DNA of 64,000 nt from NCBI GenBank assembly GCA_000998135.1, contig LCCV01000002.1, positions 29,421 to 93,420 on the forward strand, read 5' to 3'. Source of the DNA: Parcubacteria group bacterium GW2011_GWA2_42_14 (GTDB taxonomy: Bacteria > Patescibacteriota > Minisyncoccia > Sungbacterales > GWA2-42-14). Under the pieces are notes generated by a model. The model was not told where the DNA came from. It made no database searches and was given only the letters and a program-made list of their open reading frames with translations. A program made the position numbers and the translations under genes. Shown in pieces: positions 47,401-57,695 of the stretch (position 1 is the first letter of the stretch; each line of letters starts with the position of its first letter).

Positions 47401-48078
47401 CGCATCCTGTCCAATGCCCTGACGTTCAACTGTTACGGAGCTGACAGTTACATCACCGTCAGAACCGGCAGTAAACACTACACTGGTAAATGGAACGCGA
47501 GTTACACTCAACGGAACCAAGGCCGCGGCAGGCTGTGCACCTGCTGATACGCTAAGACCTGTTCCTGATGGAACTGTTGGCGTTGTTGGTGTTTCTGTGG
47601 TTGGCGTTGTTGGTGTTTCTGTGGTTGGCGTTGTTGGAGTTGTTGGAGTTGTTGGAGTTACCGGAGCCACTGCCATTGAATTATACTTTGCCTGGGAAAT
47701 TGGACCAAAGTATCCGACGGCCGGAGAAACCCCGTTTGCCGCCTGCCAAGCAGCTACTGCCGCTTGAGTGACAGAACCGAAATATCCGGTGGCACCCCCC
47801 GCATAAGTGAAGTGACCTGTTGAAGTTAAATAATTCTGCAAGCATGTTACAGCATCCCCTCTTGAACCGACTGTAAGAGCGCTAGTGAAACCGCAAGCGG
47901 CTCCGCCGCCACCTCCTCCGCCGGAAAGGGCGACGAGTTGTGCTTGAAGGGCCGTGATTTGAGCTTGCAACTGGGCAATGAGATCTGCCGTTGACTGTTG
48001 CGCCAATGACGCGACAGGGGTCAGAACCAAAGCTCCGGTAAGCCAAACCGCGGCTGAGGTTGAAATAAATTTATTCAT
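44461..48078 (-). CDS. Putative S-layer/major surface protein with peptidoglycan-binding-like domain
   Basis: Signal peptide, IAQLQAQI..LQ coil, LTVGSRGDAV..LQ.YL...TGYFG..T.AAV..WQ, TPT linker, T/S/G/A-rich beta repeats. Confidence 0.8.
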   Translation of the reverse strand: MNKFISTSAAVWLTGALVLTPVASLAQQSTADLIAQLQAQITALQAQLVALSGGGGGGGAACGFTSALTVGSRGDAVTCLQNYLTSTGHFTYAGGATGYFGSVTQAAVAAWQAANGVSPAVGYFGPISQAKYNSMAVAPVTPTTPTTPTTPTTETPTTPTTETPTTPTVPSGTGLSVSAGAQPAAALVPLSVTRVPFTSVVFTAGSDGDVTVSSVTVERQGIGQDAALSGIVILGEDGLQLGLSKTLNSLHQAVLTEPFTVKAGTSKTMTIAANRGATTGYSGQVIRLTVVAVSAGSATVTGLPVAGTGQTMNETSGLVGGFDLIRGPLDPSTTGITKEVGTTGYVFSSIKGTAGAGEDIWIKSVKFNQSGSAATADLANVKVYVAGTAYDTTVSSDGKYYTSVFGTGVKVLKGNTAEIYVKGDIVSGSARTVDFDIYRHDDLYVVGAQYGYGLLPADTGTAGFDSASPAYNANAINIGAGSIVVSKSTAVASQNVAVTLADQPLGGFDVEVKGEAVTIPETSFRFTLSDSDGGAEIDVDDIDNIVLVGPSGAVVAGPVDGQAGNTVNSLVAHGYVTFTDSITFPIGKGLYTLKGKLAATSGFENNDTIIASTTPGTDWRNGTGAVTGTAVTPTPAGQVTGNTMTVKSAVVTVTLSSDPPAQNVVMGIQGFTFAKPVFDATASGEDIRFTTLSFTFADDTGADTTDLTGCQVWDGATALNTGTNVVDIATEGAKTFTLDSHLIIPKGTTKTLAIKCNIPANLTASNQAEWQIAASTLSATGVTSGQAATVTHLASTDDQNEMTLVAGGSLSVSLSASSPTYAIVAGNTTDVPLALLNLHATNEAITLQKLALKLSSTTNNAPADIVKYTLWDGSTKVGEGLFTGTDYSTSTLTADFVIPKDGDKTLTVKGDLSAIGTSQVGTEGALVVVDFDGGSRGTEGVGQSSGSTIQTKTADTAAVSSTASNGVRMFKSYPTFAKVSLSTNKLAAGTVSLLRFKVTADSHGDIGLAKFTFVMSTTSATVQNLRVYGYSDILFSIAAYANSGLLNNTAIPVQNKKEWFSAGTEDNVLYGGGNQFSVYFDPVTQSGSVLGVPTDVIQVPAGATRYFDVVATVSSVSTNSSVSTQLEGDGAYPGLIPGTPSATNPIMGQASTTPSTAGIADQTHNDLIWSPNATTTAALSSKDWTNGFGVVGLPATNMAAEVVSY
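47573..47662. repeat. Coding tandem repeats (9-bp TPT and 21-bp TPTTPTE units)
   Basis: GTTGGAGTT x3; GTTGGCGTTGTTGGTGTTTCTGTG x2. Confidence 0.85.
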
Positions 48079-48657
48079 AATTTTTTATCTAAGTTAATTA
48101 TAACTTTTCCAAAAATTTTTTCCGTGGTTCGATAAACTCACCACGAGAAGAAAAAGATGGAAAAGAAATTTACAATCACGATTCATAACCTCTTCGACTT
48201 TACCCGATATTCCAAAGGAAAATTTAGGGTAAAAAAGATTTAAATCGTGAATAACAAAATCAAATTAATAATAATCAATGTTTTGGAGTCAAGTCACCCT
48301 CATGCGTCTTGAATCATGAATCTTGAAACTTGAAACATGAATTACGAAACATGAGATGGTCCGCTCCATCTTGTCATATTTAAATATTTTAATATTTAAA
48401 TATTCAAAGCGGGAGGGTCGACCGGACTTTAAAACTCCTAAATCAAAAACAAATTAAGAATTTACTAATTTTTTCTTTTGCATCCGAACCTAAACCAAAA
48501 CCATCATCAAACAGAAAAGTAATTTTTAATTATCAAGGTTCTTGCCGTTCAGAATCATGAAACATGAAACATGAAATTTCAATCGTTTACAACCAAATTT
48601 CGAAATTAAAGCAACCAAGTTATACTATCAATTCCGAAATTTAATTGCAAATTATAT

Positions 48658-49044
48658 TGTGAATAATGGTGGTTCGATAAACTTACCATAAATTCGGTTT
48701 GCTCACCGCAAGTGTTAAATAACTACAAACAAGCCAAAAATTGGCTCATTTAATTTAAAAAAATTAAGTCATAACTATCTTAAATTATTATATATCTCCG
48801 CAAATGGTTCAACTCTGCTTACCACAAGTATATTATAAACCCACTAAAAATCACTTGCAAATAGGCATTGTGGATAAGTGCTACAGCTTCAAAACCAAAA
48901 TATAGTACTTATATTGCTTAATTTTCAAGCATTTTTGCCATTTCGGCAATAACAGCAATTTAACGGCAAAAAACCAACTTATCTGATATCTGATATTATT
49001 ATTATAAATCATATAAAAAAGCAAATAAACTCTGTTGTGGATAA
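48658..49044. promoter_or_regulatory. Three co-oriented DnaA-box matches
   Basis: TGTGAATAA 48658, TGTGGATAA 48869 and 49036 (consensus TTWTNCACA); another at 40176 before lexA. Confidence 0.45.
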
Positions 49045-49227
49045 GTTAATTCTATACAAAAATGGCATAAAAAACCCCATTTGCAACTATCCTTTTTACC
49101 TTTCACGGCATTCAAAGCTCATAGGAGCAGATTTCACGCGAATATTAACACTGATTAACGCGGAAATAAATAACCGGGAATGGCCAAAATCTATCTTAAA
49201 GCCTTAAAAAATAGCTTATTTTATTAA

Positions 49228-49379
49228 AATTAACCTAATTATTCTGATAAATTCACCTAATTCCTAATTACCTAATTCACCTAATAAAATTTCTAATGCA
49301 CTAATACTTAATTCTTAATTTAAAATTTTGGAATTTGGTTATTTTATTAGAAATTAGGTGAATTAGACAATTAGAAATT
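49228..49379. repeat. CTAATT/AATTAG short-period inverted repeat array
   Basis: CCTAATTCCTAATTACCTAATTCACCTAAT ... ATTAGAAATTAGGTGAATTAG. Confidence 0.75.
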
Positions 49380-49453
49380 CTTTAAGCAAACTCAAAAATC
49401 AGCAAAATTTATCCTTCGACAAGCTCAGGCAATAACCATTTTTGATATGGGTT

Positions 49454-50323
49454 CTAAACAATGCTCTCCAAATGTTCTCTAAAACCTTTTTTCACTTCCG
49501 GATGACGAAGACCGAAATCCACGACAGCCTTAAGGAGGCCGAGTTTATCTCCGCAATCATATCTGATTCCTTTGAATTCATAACCGTATAAATTTTCACC
49601 TTTGGCAAGCATTCTTTCAAAAGCATCAGTTAAAAATAATTCCTTACCGGGTTCATATTTTACTTTGGCAAGTTCGTCAAATACCGCGGGCGTCAAAATA
49701 TATTTTCCAACGATTGACAGATTAGACGGAGCCTCCTCTATTGTAGGTTTCTCAATTATTTTCTCTACTTCGTATGTCCTTGATGAAATTTTTTTGCCGC
49801 CAATAACACCGTATTTGTAAACCATTTCTTTGGGAACCCGTTCTAAAGCAAATACCGGCTTATTAAATTTTTCAAAAACGACAGCAAGCTGTTTAAGACA
49901 TGGTATCTTTGAATATACGACATCATCTCCATAAAGGACAGCGACAGGTTCATCGCCAATTAAATGACGGGCCTGCAACAAAGCGTCACCAACCCCAAGC
50001 GGTTCTTTCTGACGGACAAAAGCAAAACGAGCAAGTGATGAAATTTTTCTTATTTCTTTAGCCAAACCATGTTTACCTTTCTTTGTCAGAAAAAATTCCA
50101 GCTCTCCGGCATGGTCAAAATGATCCTCAATAGCGCGCTTGCCCCTGCCGGTAACAAATATGATTTCCTTTATTCCGGAATCAACAGCTTCCTCAACCAA
50201 ATACTGAATAACCGGCTTATCCACAATAGGAAGCATTTCTTTTGGCTGGGCTTTGGTGGCAGGAAGAAAGCGGGTGCCGAAACCAGCTACAGGGATGATG
50301 ACTTTTTTGATTTTAGAAACCAT
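49454..50323 (-). CDS. galU: UTP-glucose-1-phosphate uridylyltransferase
   Basis: PVAGFGTRFLPATKAQPKEMLPIVDKP, KRAIEDHFD, RYDCG.KLG. Confidence 0.96.
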   Translation of the reverse strand: MVSKIKKVIIPVAGFGTRFLPATKAQPKEMLPIVDKPVIQYLVEEAVDSGIKEIIFVTGRGKRAIEDHFDHAGELEFFLTKKGKHGLAKEIRKISSLARFAFVRQKEPLGVGDALLQARHLIGDEPVAVLYGDDVVYSKIPCLKQLAVVFEKFNKPVFALERVPKEMVYKYGVIGGKKISSRTYEVEKIIEKPTIEEAPSNLSIVGKYILTPAVFDELAKVKYEPGKELFLTDAFERMLAKGENLYGYEFKGIRYDCGDKLGLLKAVVDFGLRHPEVKKGFREHLESIV

Positions 50324-50466
50324 TTAAATCTAATAAATCCAAATCTCAAAATCCCAAATAAATTCAAACTTCAAAATTCAAGTATAAAAACTTAATTCTT
50401 TAACAATTTGGATTTTGGTATTATTTGGGATTTGATGCTTTGGATTTTGAATTTTTAAACCCGGTT

Positions 50467-50518
50467 TGTCGCTTATAAACGACACCTGAAATGTCGCTTA
50501 TAATAATGTCGTTTATAA
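50467..50518. promoter_or_regulatory. Operator-like array of four TGTCG(C/T)TTATAA 12-mers (one inverted) just downstream of the DeoR-HTH gene
   Basis: Copies at 50467, 50473 (inverted), 50492, 50507. Confidence 0.6.
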
Positions 50519-50520
50519 AT

Positions 50521-51375
50521 CTATGCCTTAATTTTATATATTGCCCATCTCTTATCACCCCGTCTTTCAATCGTATTATTACCCATAAGAGCGGCCAGGT
50601 CGCGCTGTAAAGTTTTAATGCTGAATTTGTTGGAAAAAATCTGGGACAAATCAACTGATTTTACCGCTTGATTTTGACGTATGTAATCAAGAATAGTTTG
50701 CCGTCTTTCATTAAAACCGTTTGTTTCTTTATTGACAATACTTTTATGGTTATTTTGCTCAATTCCGTTACCATACCCATTGGAAAGACTATTGCCATTA
50801 CCATTACCGTTTCCATTTCCATTTTCCAAAGATACCTTTTGGCTGTTCACTCCGTTAGAAGTCCACTTTGCAAAAGTATGCATACTATTTGAATGCCCTG
50901 TATAATTACCGTTTCCAACAACATGATTATTATTTTTACTTCTAACGGGGTAAATTATGCTTCTTTCCACTTTGGGCTTGCGGATATTTTTGATGGAAGT
51001 GGAAGCGGTCTGGATTTGAGGAATTGACTTATTCTTTTCCTCTTCTTCTGCTATTTTTTCCGTAAAACACGCCAACTCTCTCTCAAAAAAATTAGCAAAA
51101 AATTCATATTCTCTGTCCAAAACTGCCGTATTAACGGCTTTTACCAGATTACTGAAACGCGCGACTCCAAAATAAGTGCGGATTGCCTGAATTTTTGCAA
51201 GCAGAAACCTGGCATTATTTTCCCCTATTTTTCTGTCATATTCGCAAACCGAAGACAATATTTCATTCGCTTTTTCGCGTATTTGGCGTTTAAGCACTTC
51301 ATCCTTAGGGAATATATCTGTAACACGATATACTGCGAGAGTCAATTCAAATATTTTTTTGTTTAATTCTCCCAT
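50521..51375 (-). CDS. Four-helix-bundle-like N-terminus plus C-terminal DeoR-type HTH; linker carries a MITE and NG repeats
   Basis: LAVYRVTDIFPKDEVL.RQIR; ERRQTILDY...KTLQRDL..L...GDKRWA.Y. Confidence 0.75.
   Translation of the reverse strand: MGELNKKIFELTLAVYRVTDIFPKDEVLKRQIREKANEILSSVCEYDRKIGENNARFLLAKIQAIRTYFGVARFSNLVKAVNTAVLDREYEFFANFFERELACFTEKIAEEEEKNKSIPQIQTASTSIKNIRKPKVERSIIYPVRSKNNNHVVGNGNYTGHSNSMHTFAKWTSNGVNSQKVSLENGNGNGNGNGNSLSNGYGNGIEQNNHKSIVNKETNGFNERRQTILDYIRQNQAVKSVDLSQIFSNKFSIKTLQRDLAALMGNNTIERRGDKRWAIYKIKA
50846..50954. mobile_element. CCCCGTTAGA-family MITE in frame in the CDS
   Basis: TTCACTCCGTTAGAAGT ... ACTTCTAACGGGGTAAA; encodes YPVRS...TSNGVN. Confidence 0.85.
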
Positions 51376-51552
51376 TTAAAGGCGACTCCAATATACGAAT
51401 TTCACTCTAATGACTCTAATAAATTCGGGGCATTCGAGTGTTTGATTTGAATCATTCGAGTCGCATTATAACAACCTTATTGAATGTACAAAATCCAACA
51501 ACCGCTTGTCAACAAAAAACTATTAACAGTAGTAAATATCAAAAGCTGACAT

Positions 51553-51578
51553 AAAAAAACGCGCGGTAAACCGCGCGA
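51553..51578 (-). terminator. Intrinsic terminator
   Basis: CGCGCGG-TTTA-CCGCGCG followed by T7 on the - strand. Confidence 0.75.
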
Positions 51579-51597
51579 TTATTATTACATTGAAGAT

Positions 51598-51867
51598 TTA
51601 ATTATCGCCCAAAACAACACCAGCTTTACATAATTCATAATCCGAACGGGCGTCTCTGGCTTTTTGGGAAAACCAAAATAAGTTAGGAAAAGTAATTGAG
51701 TATCTCTTTTCAGCTTCATACGCATATAGAGCAGCGTTTTTATAAAATCTTTCATCAAAAATATATTTTTCACAATCCTGCGAGCCAGCATTATTTACGT
51801 TTTCGTGAGCAAAAACTGGCGTAATCAAGAAAAAACCTAAAATCAATACTGCTGAAAAAATCTTCAT
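51598..51867 (-). CDS. Small secreted hypothetical protein
   Basis: Signal peptide ending VFA, two Cys, own terminator. Confidence 0.6.
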   Translation of the reverse strand: MKIFSAVLILGFFLITPVFAHENVNNAGSQDCEKYIFDERFYKNAALYAYEAEKRYSITFPNLFWFSQKARDARSDYELCKAGVVLGDN

Positions 51868-52076
51868 ACTTTCTTATCCTTTTAGGTTTTCAAAAAACCG
51901 TATTTTATCGGTTGCACATCTTAGAATCTATGTCAAGACCTCAAAAACCCCCATCGGTTTACAATGGGAATTTTTTTCTTTCTTTTACTTATTTTTAATT
52001 AAAAGAGATACTTCATGTAGTTTACCTTGAGATTCTTCACAAAGTTAAGAATGACAATCAAAAGGATCAAAATGAC

Positions 52077-54773
52077 TTAAGCCCTAATAGCCTCCCGCCC
52101 CCTTACTCCATTAAAAACTTTGTTTCTGGCCGGAAAGGAAAACACCACCTGCCCCTCTTTAACATCAACCGTTAATTCGTCTCCGGCTTTAATGCGCCCG
52201 GCAATTAATTCTTCCGCTAATTTATTCAGCAAATACGACTGTATGGCCCGTTTTATAGGCCTGGCTCCGTAATGCTCATTATAACCTTTTTCCATTATAT
52301 ATTTTTTGAGAGAATCGCCGAAAACAATGGAAATTTCCTTTTCAGCCATTCTCTGTTTAACTTTTTCCAGCTGCTGTTCCACAATTTTTACAATAACTTT
52401 TTGGGTCAGGCTGTTGAAAATAATCACTTCGTCCAGTCGGTTTAAAAATTCCGGCCGGAAATGACGCTCCAGGGCCTTGCGGATTTTTTCTTTCAAATCC
52501 TCTTCTTTTTTTTCACGAGATTCTTCGGCTTCGCTGGAAAAACCGAGGTCAGCCATCTCCTGCATAAATTCGCTTCCAATATTGGAAGTCATTATTATAA
52601 TGGTATTTTTAAAATTTACTGTCCTGCCTTTGGCATCAGTAAGGCGACCGTTATCAAAAATCTGGAGCATTATATTGAAAATTTCAGGATGAGCTTTTTC
52701 AATCTCGTCAAAAAGAATCACCGAATAAGGACGGTGTTTTATTTTCTCGGTCAATTGCCCTCCTTCTTCATAGCCCACATAGCCGGCAGGAGAGCCGATG
52801 AGTTTGGAAACAGTATGCCGTTCCATATATTCTGACATATCATAACGAACAAGGGCTTTATCGTCATTAAACATAAATTCGGCAAGTGTTTTGGCCAATT
52901 CAGTTTTTCCAACCCCTGTCGGCCCCAAAAACATAAAAGAAGCAATGGGACGATCTTCATCCTGAATGCCGGCGCGGGAACGCCTGACCGCATTGGCAAC
53001 TTTAGAAATCGCTTCATCCTGCCCTATAACGCGACGGGTTAAAACCTCTTCGAGTTTCATCAGTTTTTGCGATTCTGATTCAAGCATTTTGGTTACCGGG
53101 ATATTAGTCCAGCGCGCCACCACCTGGGCAATTTCTTCCTCACCGACTTCCTCCTTAAGCAGTTTTCTTGATGACTGGAGATTTTTTAACCCAGCTTCGG
53201 CTTCGCGCAATTTATTTTCGTTTTGCGGCAAAAGTCCGTATCTTATTTCAGCCACCCTCTCAAAATTTCCTTCCCTTTCAACTTTATCGGCTTCCTGCGC
53301 CAAATCATTCATTTGTTTTTTAAATTCTCCTATCTGATTGATTAAGCCGCGTTCTTCTTTCCACTTAGTGTTCAATTTTTCAAACTTATCTTTAGCTTTA
53401 ACGATTGTTTTTTCAAGAATTTTTAGCCGATTTTTTTGTTTCTTATGCAAAGCCAAATTGCTTTCCGGCTCCTTTTTTAACACCTCTTTCTCAATTTCCA
53501 GCCGAGAAAGTTCTTTCTTTGTCTCATCCACGTCTTTAGGCAAAGAATCCATATCAATTCTCAAAGAAGAAGCGGCCTCGTCAATAAGGTCAATGGCTTT
53601 ATCTGGCAAAAATCTATCGGCTATATAGCGCGAAGAAAGCTGGGCCGCGGCAATCAAAGACGCGTCCGTAATTCTGACGGCGTGGTAAAGTTCGTATTTA
53701 TGTTTCAATCCCCGCAAAATAGCAATAGTTTCCTCAACAGTCGGCTCATCAATATAAACCGGCTGAAAACGCCTAGCCAAAGCCGGGTCCTTTTCTATAT
53801 ATTTATGATATTCTTTCAGGGTTGTGGCCCCGATTGCCCTTAACTCCCCTCTTGCCAAAGCCGGTTTTAACATATTAGAAGCATCAATAGCGCCTTCCGC
53901 GGCCCCGGCTCCTACAATAGTATGAAGTTCATCAATAAAAATCATAAACCTGCCCTTGGCTCTTTCTATTTCACGCAAAATCGCCTTAAGCCGGTCTTCA
54001 AATTCACCTCTATATTTTGTTCCCGCCACAATAGCGCCTATATCAATAGAAATGAGTTCCTTTTCTTTTAATGGTTCAGGTACTTCACCAGAAACAATTC
54101 TTTGGGCAAGACCTTCAGCAATGGCTGTTTTCCCCACACCTGCCTCCCCTATTAAAACAGGATTATTTTTTGTGCGGCGCGATAAAACCTGCATAACCCT
54201 GCGGATTTCGTCATCCCTGCCTATAACCGGGTCAAGTTTTTCCTCGCGAGCCAGTTTAGTTAGATTGCGGGCATATTTTTCCAATACATTATATTTATGT
54301 TCCGGCTCGGGGTCGGTTACTCTTTGCGAACCGCGTAGTCCGGCCAGGGCTTTTAATATATTCTCATGTCCAATATTAATTTCCACCAATACATCTTTGG
54401 CTCTTGAAGGCACTTCGGAAAGCGCTAAAAACAAATGCTCGGTTGAGATAAATTCGTCTTTTAACTGCCCAGCTTCTCTTTGCGCCTGTTCCATAACGCG
54501 CGCCAAATCCTGAGATAAATAAAGGGAAATAACCGGAGAAAGGACGTTTACGCGCGGCAAACCATCCAGTTTTTGAAGCAGTTTATCAACCAAAGAAGAA
54601 ACATTGATTTCAAGCTTTTCCAAAATCGCTTCCACTGTTCCGCCCTCCTGCAAAACCAGGGCGGTAAGCAAATGCAGGGGCTCAATTTGCTGATGAGACC
54701 GCTCAATTGCCAAGTCATGGGCTTTTTTAAGCGCTTCCTGCGCTTTAATTGTGAAGTTGTTGAATGGAGTCAT
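52077..54773 (-). CDS. clpB: ClpB chaperone
   Basis: [26 protein letters not shown], coiled-coil M domain, [20 protein letters not shown]. Confidence 0.95.
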   Translation of the reverse strand: MTPFNNFTIKAQEALKKAHDLAIERSHQQIEPLHLLTALVLQEGGTVEAILEKLEINVSSLVDKLLQKLDGLPRVNVLSPVISLYLSQDLARVMEQAQREAGQLKDEFISTEHLFLALSEVPSRAKDVLVEINIGHENILKALAGLRGSQRVTDPEPEHKYNVLEKYARNLTKLAREEKLDPVIGRDDEIRRVMQVLSRRTKNNPVLIGEAGVGKTAIAEGLAQRIVSGEVPEPLKEKELISIDIGAIVAGTKYRGEFEDRLKAILREIERAKGRFMIFIDELHTIVGAGAAEGAIDASNMLKPALARGELRAIGATTLKEYHKYIEKDPALARRFQPVYIDEPTVEETIAILRGLKHKYELYHAVRITDASLIAAAQLSSRYIADRFLPDKAIDLIDEAASSLRIDMDSLPKDVDETKKELSRLEIEKEVLKKEPESNLALHKKQKNRLKILEKTIVKAKDKFEKLNTKWKEERGLINQIGEFKKQMNDLAQEADKVEREGNFERVAEIRYGLLPQNENKLREAEAGLKNLQSSRKLLKEEVGEEEIAQVVARWTNIPVTKMLESESQKLMKLEEVLTRRVIGQDEAISKVANAVRRSRAGIQDEDRPIASFMFLGPTGVGKTELAKTLAEFMFNDDKALVRYDMSEYMERHTVSKLIGSPAGYVGYEEGGQLTEKIKHRPYSVILFDEIEKAHPEIFNIMLQIFDNGRLTDAKGRTVNFKNTIIIMTSNIGSEFMQEMADLGFSSEAEESREKKEEDLKEKIRKALERHFRPEFLNRLDEVIIFNSLTQKVIVKIVEQQLEKVKQRMAEKEISIVFGDSLKKYIMEKGYNEHYGARPIKRAIQSYLLNKLAEELIAGRIKAGDELTVDVKEGQVVFSFPARNKVFNGVRGREAIRA

Positions 54774-55168
54774 TTTTTAGACGCAGTTTTAAACGCAAAC
54801 TATTACGCAATTTTAAACGCAATTTGCGTATAATTTTGCATTTTACTTAGCGTTTAGTTTTGCTTCTACTTAAAATTATAGCAAAATTTTTGAAAGAAAT
54901 CAAACAAAAGAAAAAGCCGTAGAAATTACGACAGTATCTTCATTTTTAAAATCTTCAAAGGATTATCAAACAGCCAATTTAATTCTTTCCAGCAATGTTA
55001 TTTTATTGTGCCTTGATAGTATGTTCTATCGTCTTTTTTCGCGCGGAACAAACACATAAACAACCGCTAAATTAGTAAATTTTTCATTTTCACGCATTGC
55101 AACTGTGTACAAAAGAACCATTTTACGCTCCTGTGCAATCTGATATACTATAACTATACACTATTTTT

Positions 55169-57181
55169 ATGAAAAAAGCAAATTTAATAGCAATCTTAAT
55201 ACTTTCCTTCCAATTTATTCTAATGCTTGCTTCTTCATGGAACGATTCGGCCATTATGGACGAACTGGCGCATATTCCGGCGGCTTACTCTTATGTTTCC
55301 AAAATGGATTACCGGCTAAATCCAGAACATCCTCCGCTAATAAAAGACCTCTCGGCTCTTCCTCTTCTTTTTTTCAGGCCTAATTTTCCTACAGATGTCA
55401 AATCCTGGACAAGGGATAATAACGGCCAATGGACACAGGGCGCGATTTTTCTTTACGAATCAGGAAACAATCCCGATAAAATTATTTTTTGGTCGCGCCT
55501 GCCGATAATGCTTTTATCTGTATTCATGGGCTGGCTGATTTTTTCATTCATCAAAAAAAGATATAACGATAAAATAGCCCTGATGACCCTTGTTTTGTTC
55601 GCTTTTTCCCCGACTTTTCTCGCGCATTCCCGTTTTGTCACCACCGACTTGGCGGCCGCTTTCGGATTTTTCATAGGCATTATCGGCCTCATAATGTTTC
55701 TTGAAAAACCAACTTTGAAAATGACTATGATTGCGGGAATATTTTTTGGCGTCGCCCAACTTCTTAAATTTTCTTTAATACTGCTTATCCCGATTTTTTT
55801 AATAATTATTTTAATTTGGTTCTTCGTTGAAAAATCATATTATCGCGGAATTATCAAATTTCCTTTTTTTATCATACAAATTCTTGGAAAAACTGTTTTA
55901 ATATTTGCCGTTGGCGGCGTGGTTATTTATGGAGTATACGCAATTCATGTAATAAATTATCCGGCTTCCTCAATTGAACCGGATGGGAGGATTTGGACCA
56001 AAAAAGAATTAACCGAGGTTGTGCGATTACCGGAACCGCAAAGAACAGAAAAAATCGCAACCGTTCCACTTTCCCAAATGCGCGATACCGTTTATATATT
56101 GTCATCTTTTGCCGGAGGACCGGATCCGGAAGAATTTGCCTGCGACCCCAAATCAAACGCCGACCTAAAACGAAGAATAAGGTGCCTTGCGGAATTTACC
56201 ATCTGGGCAACGGATAAACCCCTTTTCCGACCCATGGCCCAATTCCTTCTCGGAATAGAAATGGTAATGCAGCGCTCTTCAGGAGGAAATACCGCATACT
56301 TCTTGGGTAAAGTTTCAGCCGGAGGGTGGAAACACTACTTCCCGGTTCTATATATATTGAAAGAGCCGTTAGCGCTTCATATCTTAACCTTAACCGCCCT
56401 GCTTTTTGCAACTTGGCGGGTTTTCAAAGGAAACAAATCATTACGGACGCTTAAAGAATGGATTCATGAAAACTTTTTTGAATTTGTTTCCTTGTTTTTT
56501 ATCGCGTTTTACTGGCTGTATTCAATTCAAAGCCCTTTGAATATCGGAATAAGGCACGTTCTTCCCACATTTCCCTTTATTTATTTTTTGGTGTCCAAAG
56601 AAATTTTTAGATGGCTCTCACTTCAAAAAAATGCCTCTCCTGAAACATGGTTTGAATGGCTCATTACAATTTATAAAAAATATATTGCCTCAATTCCAAA
56701 ATATATTTTTATTTCAACAATGCTTTTATGGCTGGTTTTTGACACTGTTTTTGCCTTCCCTAATTATCTTTCTTATTTTAATGAATTAGCCGGTTCTTGG
56801 AGTTCCAAAAAGATTACCCTGAACATCAAAACAGCCATTGCCAATGGACACGAAATTGCCGTTGATTCCAATTACGATTGGGGACAAGATTTAAAACGGC
56901 TGGCAAAATACGCCGAAGACCACCGCATAAAAAAAATCGCCTTGGATTATTTTGGCGGAGGTTCTCCACGATATTATTTAGGAGATAAATTTGAACCGTG
57001 GTGGTCTGCCAAAGGGCAATCGCACGGCTATTTCGCGATTTCAGCAACATTTTTACAGGGAGCGCACGGAAAACCAGCCAACGGATTTATCCGCAACCCG
57101 CAAGATTCCTACGAATGGCTAAGGCCCTTCCGGCCGATTGACCGAGCGGGAGAGTCAATATTTATTTATAAATTACCTTAA
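55169..57181 (+). CDS. GT-C membrane glycosyltransferase (PMT/ArnT-like)
   Basis: DELAHIPA, NPEHPPLIK, VTTD, NIGIRH, YLSYFNE, DSNYDWGQDL. Confidence 0.88.
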   Translation: MKKANLIAILILSFQFILMLASSWNDSAIMDELAHIPAAYSYVSKMDYRLNPEHPPLIKDLSALPLLFFRPNFPTDVKSWTRDNNGQWTQGAIFLYESGNNPDKIIFWSRLPIMLLSVFMGWLIFSFIKKRYNDKIALMTLVLFAFSPTFLAHSRFVTTDLAAAFGFFIGIIGLIMFLEKPTLKMTMIAGIFFGVAQLLKFSLILLIPIFLIIILIWFFVEKSYYRGIIKFPFFIIQILGKTVLIFAVGGVVIYGVYAIHVINYPASSIEPDGRIWTKKELTEVVRLPEPQRTEKIATVPLSQMRDTVYILSSFAGGPDPEEFACDPKSNADLKRRIRCLAEFTIWATDKPLFRPMAQFLLGIEMVMQRSSGGNTAYFLGKVSAGGWKHYFPVLYILKEPLALHILTLTALLFATWRVFKGNKSLRTLKEWIHENFFEFVSLFFIAFYWLYSIQSPLNIGIRHVLPTFPFIYFLVSKEIFRWLSLQKNASPETWFEWLITIYKKYIASIPKYIFISTMLLWLVFDTVFAFPNYLSYFNELAGSWSSKKITLNIKTAIANGHEIAVDSNYDWGQDLKRLAKYAEDHRIKKIALDYFGGGSPRYYLGDKFEPWWSAKGQSHGYFAISATFLQGAHGKPANGFIRNPQDSYEWLRPFRPIDRAGESIFIYKLP

Positions 57182-57305
57182 TAATTTTTTTACCTGAGTT
57201 AATCCTATATGAATGCAACTGTTATGATGTTTTGAAACATCATAACAATAATAAATTATTAAATCATAAAAACAAAAACTACCCGGCTATGGGCAGTATA
57301 TTTTT

Positions 57306-57590
57306 TTATCCGGATTCTCCGCCTTCGTCATTAGAACCATCAAGTTCTTTGGGTTCTTCTTGTTGAACAATAAGTTCACGGGGGTCACAATCTTCCACTC
57401 GCGCAATTTCGCGTAAATTATCCACCATCATAGATTTGTAAGGATGAACCAATTTTTTAATTGCCGCAACAACTTGCCTTGGGGTAAGACCGTCAGGCAT
57501 CAAGCAAATTTCGTCAGGTTTTGGGTGCCGTTCTAACCACCGTGCCCAAGCCGCAATAATTTCTTCGTCCGTTCGCTCAACGTAGGCCAT
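57306..57590 (-). CDS. Small hypothetical protein
   Basis: GGGAGA upstream of ATG 57590; hairpin just downstream. Confidence 0.5.
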   Translation of the reverse strand: MAYVERTDEEIIAAWARWLERHPKPDEICLMPDGLTPRQVVAAIKKLVHPYKSMMVDNLREIARVEDCDPRELIVQQEEPKELDGSNDEGGESG

Positions 57591-57695
57591 GTTGCATCTC
57601 TCCCTTATTTTCAAAGATACTCTTCAAACATAAGATTGAGAAATAAAAAAGTCAAACACCTAACCCAAAAGAAAAGTGTTTTAAACATTTTTTAA

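Noticed and set aside
48600-49400. Replication origin
   Set aside because: Only three box matches, no dnaA/dnaN nearby, and gene strand bias does not switch.
50521-51375. DGR accessory protein Avd
   Set aside because: No reverse transcriptase or TR/VR pair seen; the protein is fused to an HTH.
52103-52119. Degenerate CCCCGTTAGA arm in the clpB tail
   Set aside because: Several mismatches and no partner arm found.
54900-55100. Small gene between clpB and the GT-C gene
   Set aside because: Only short frames with no recognisable motif.
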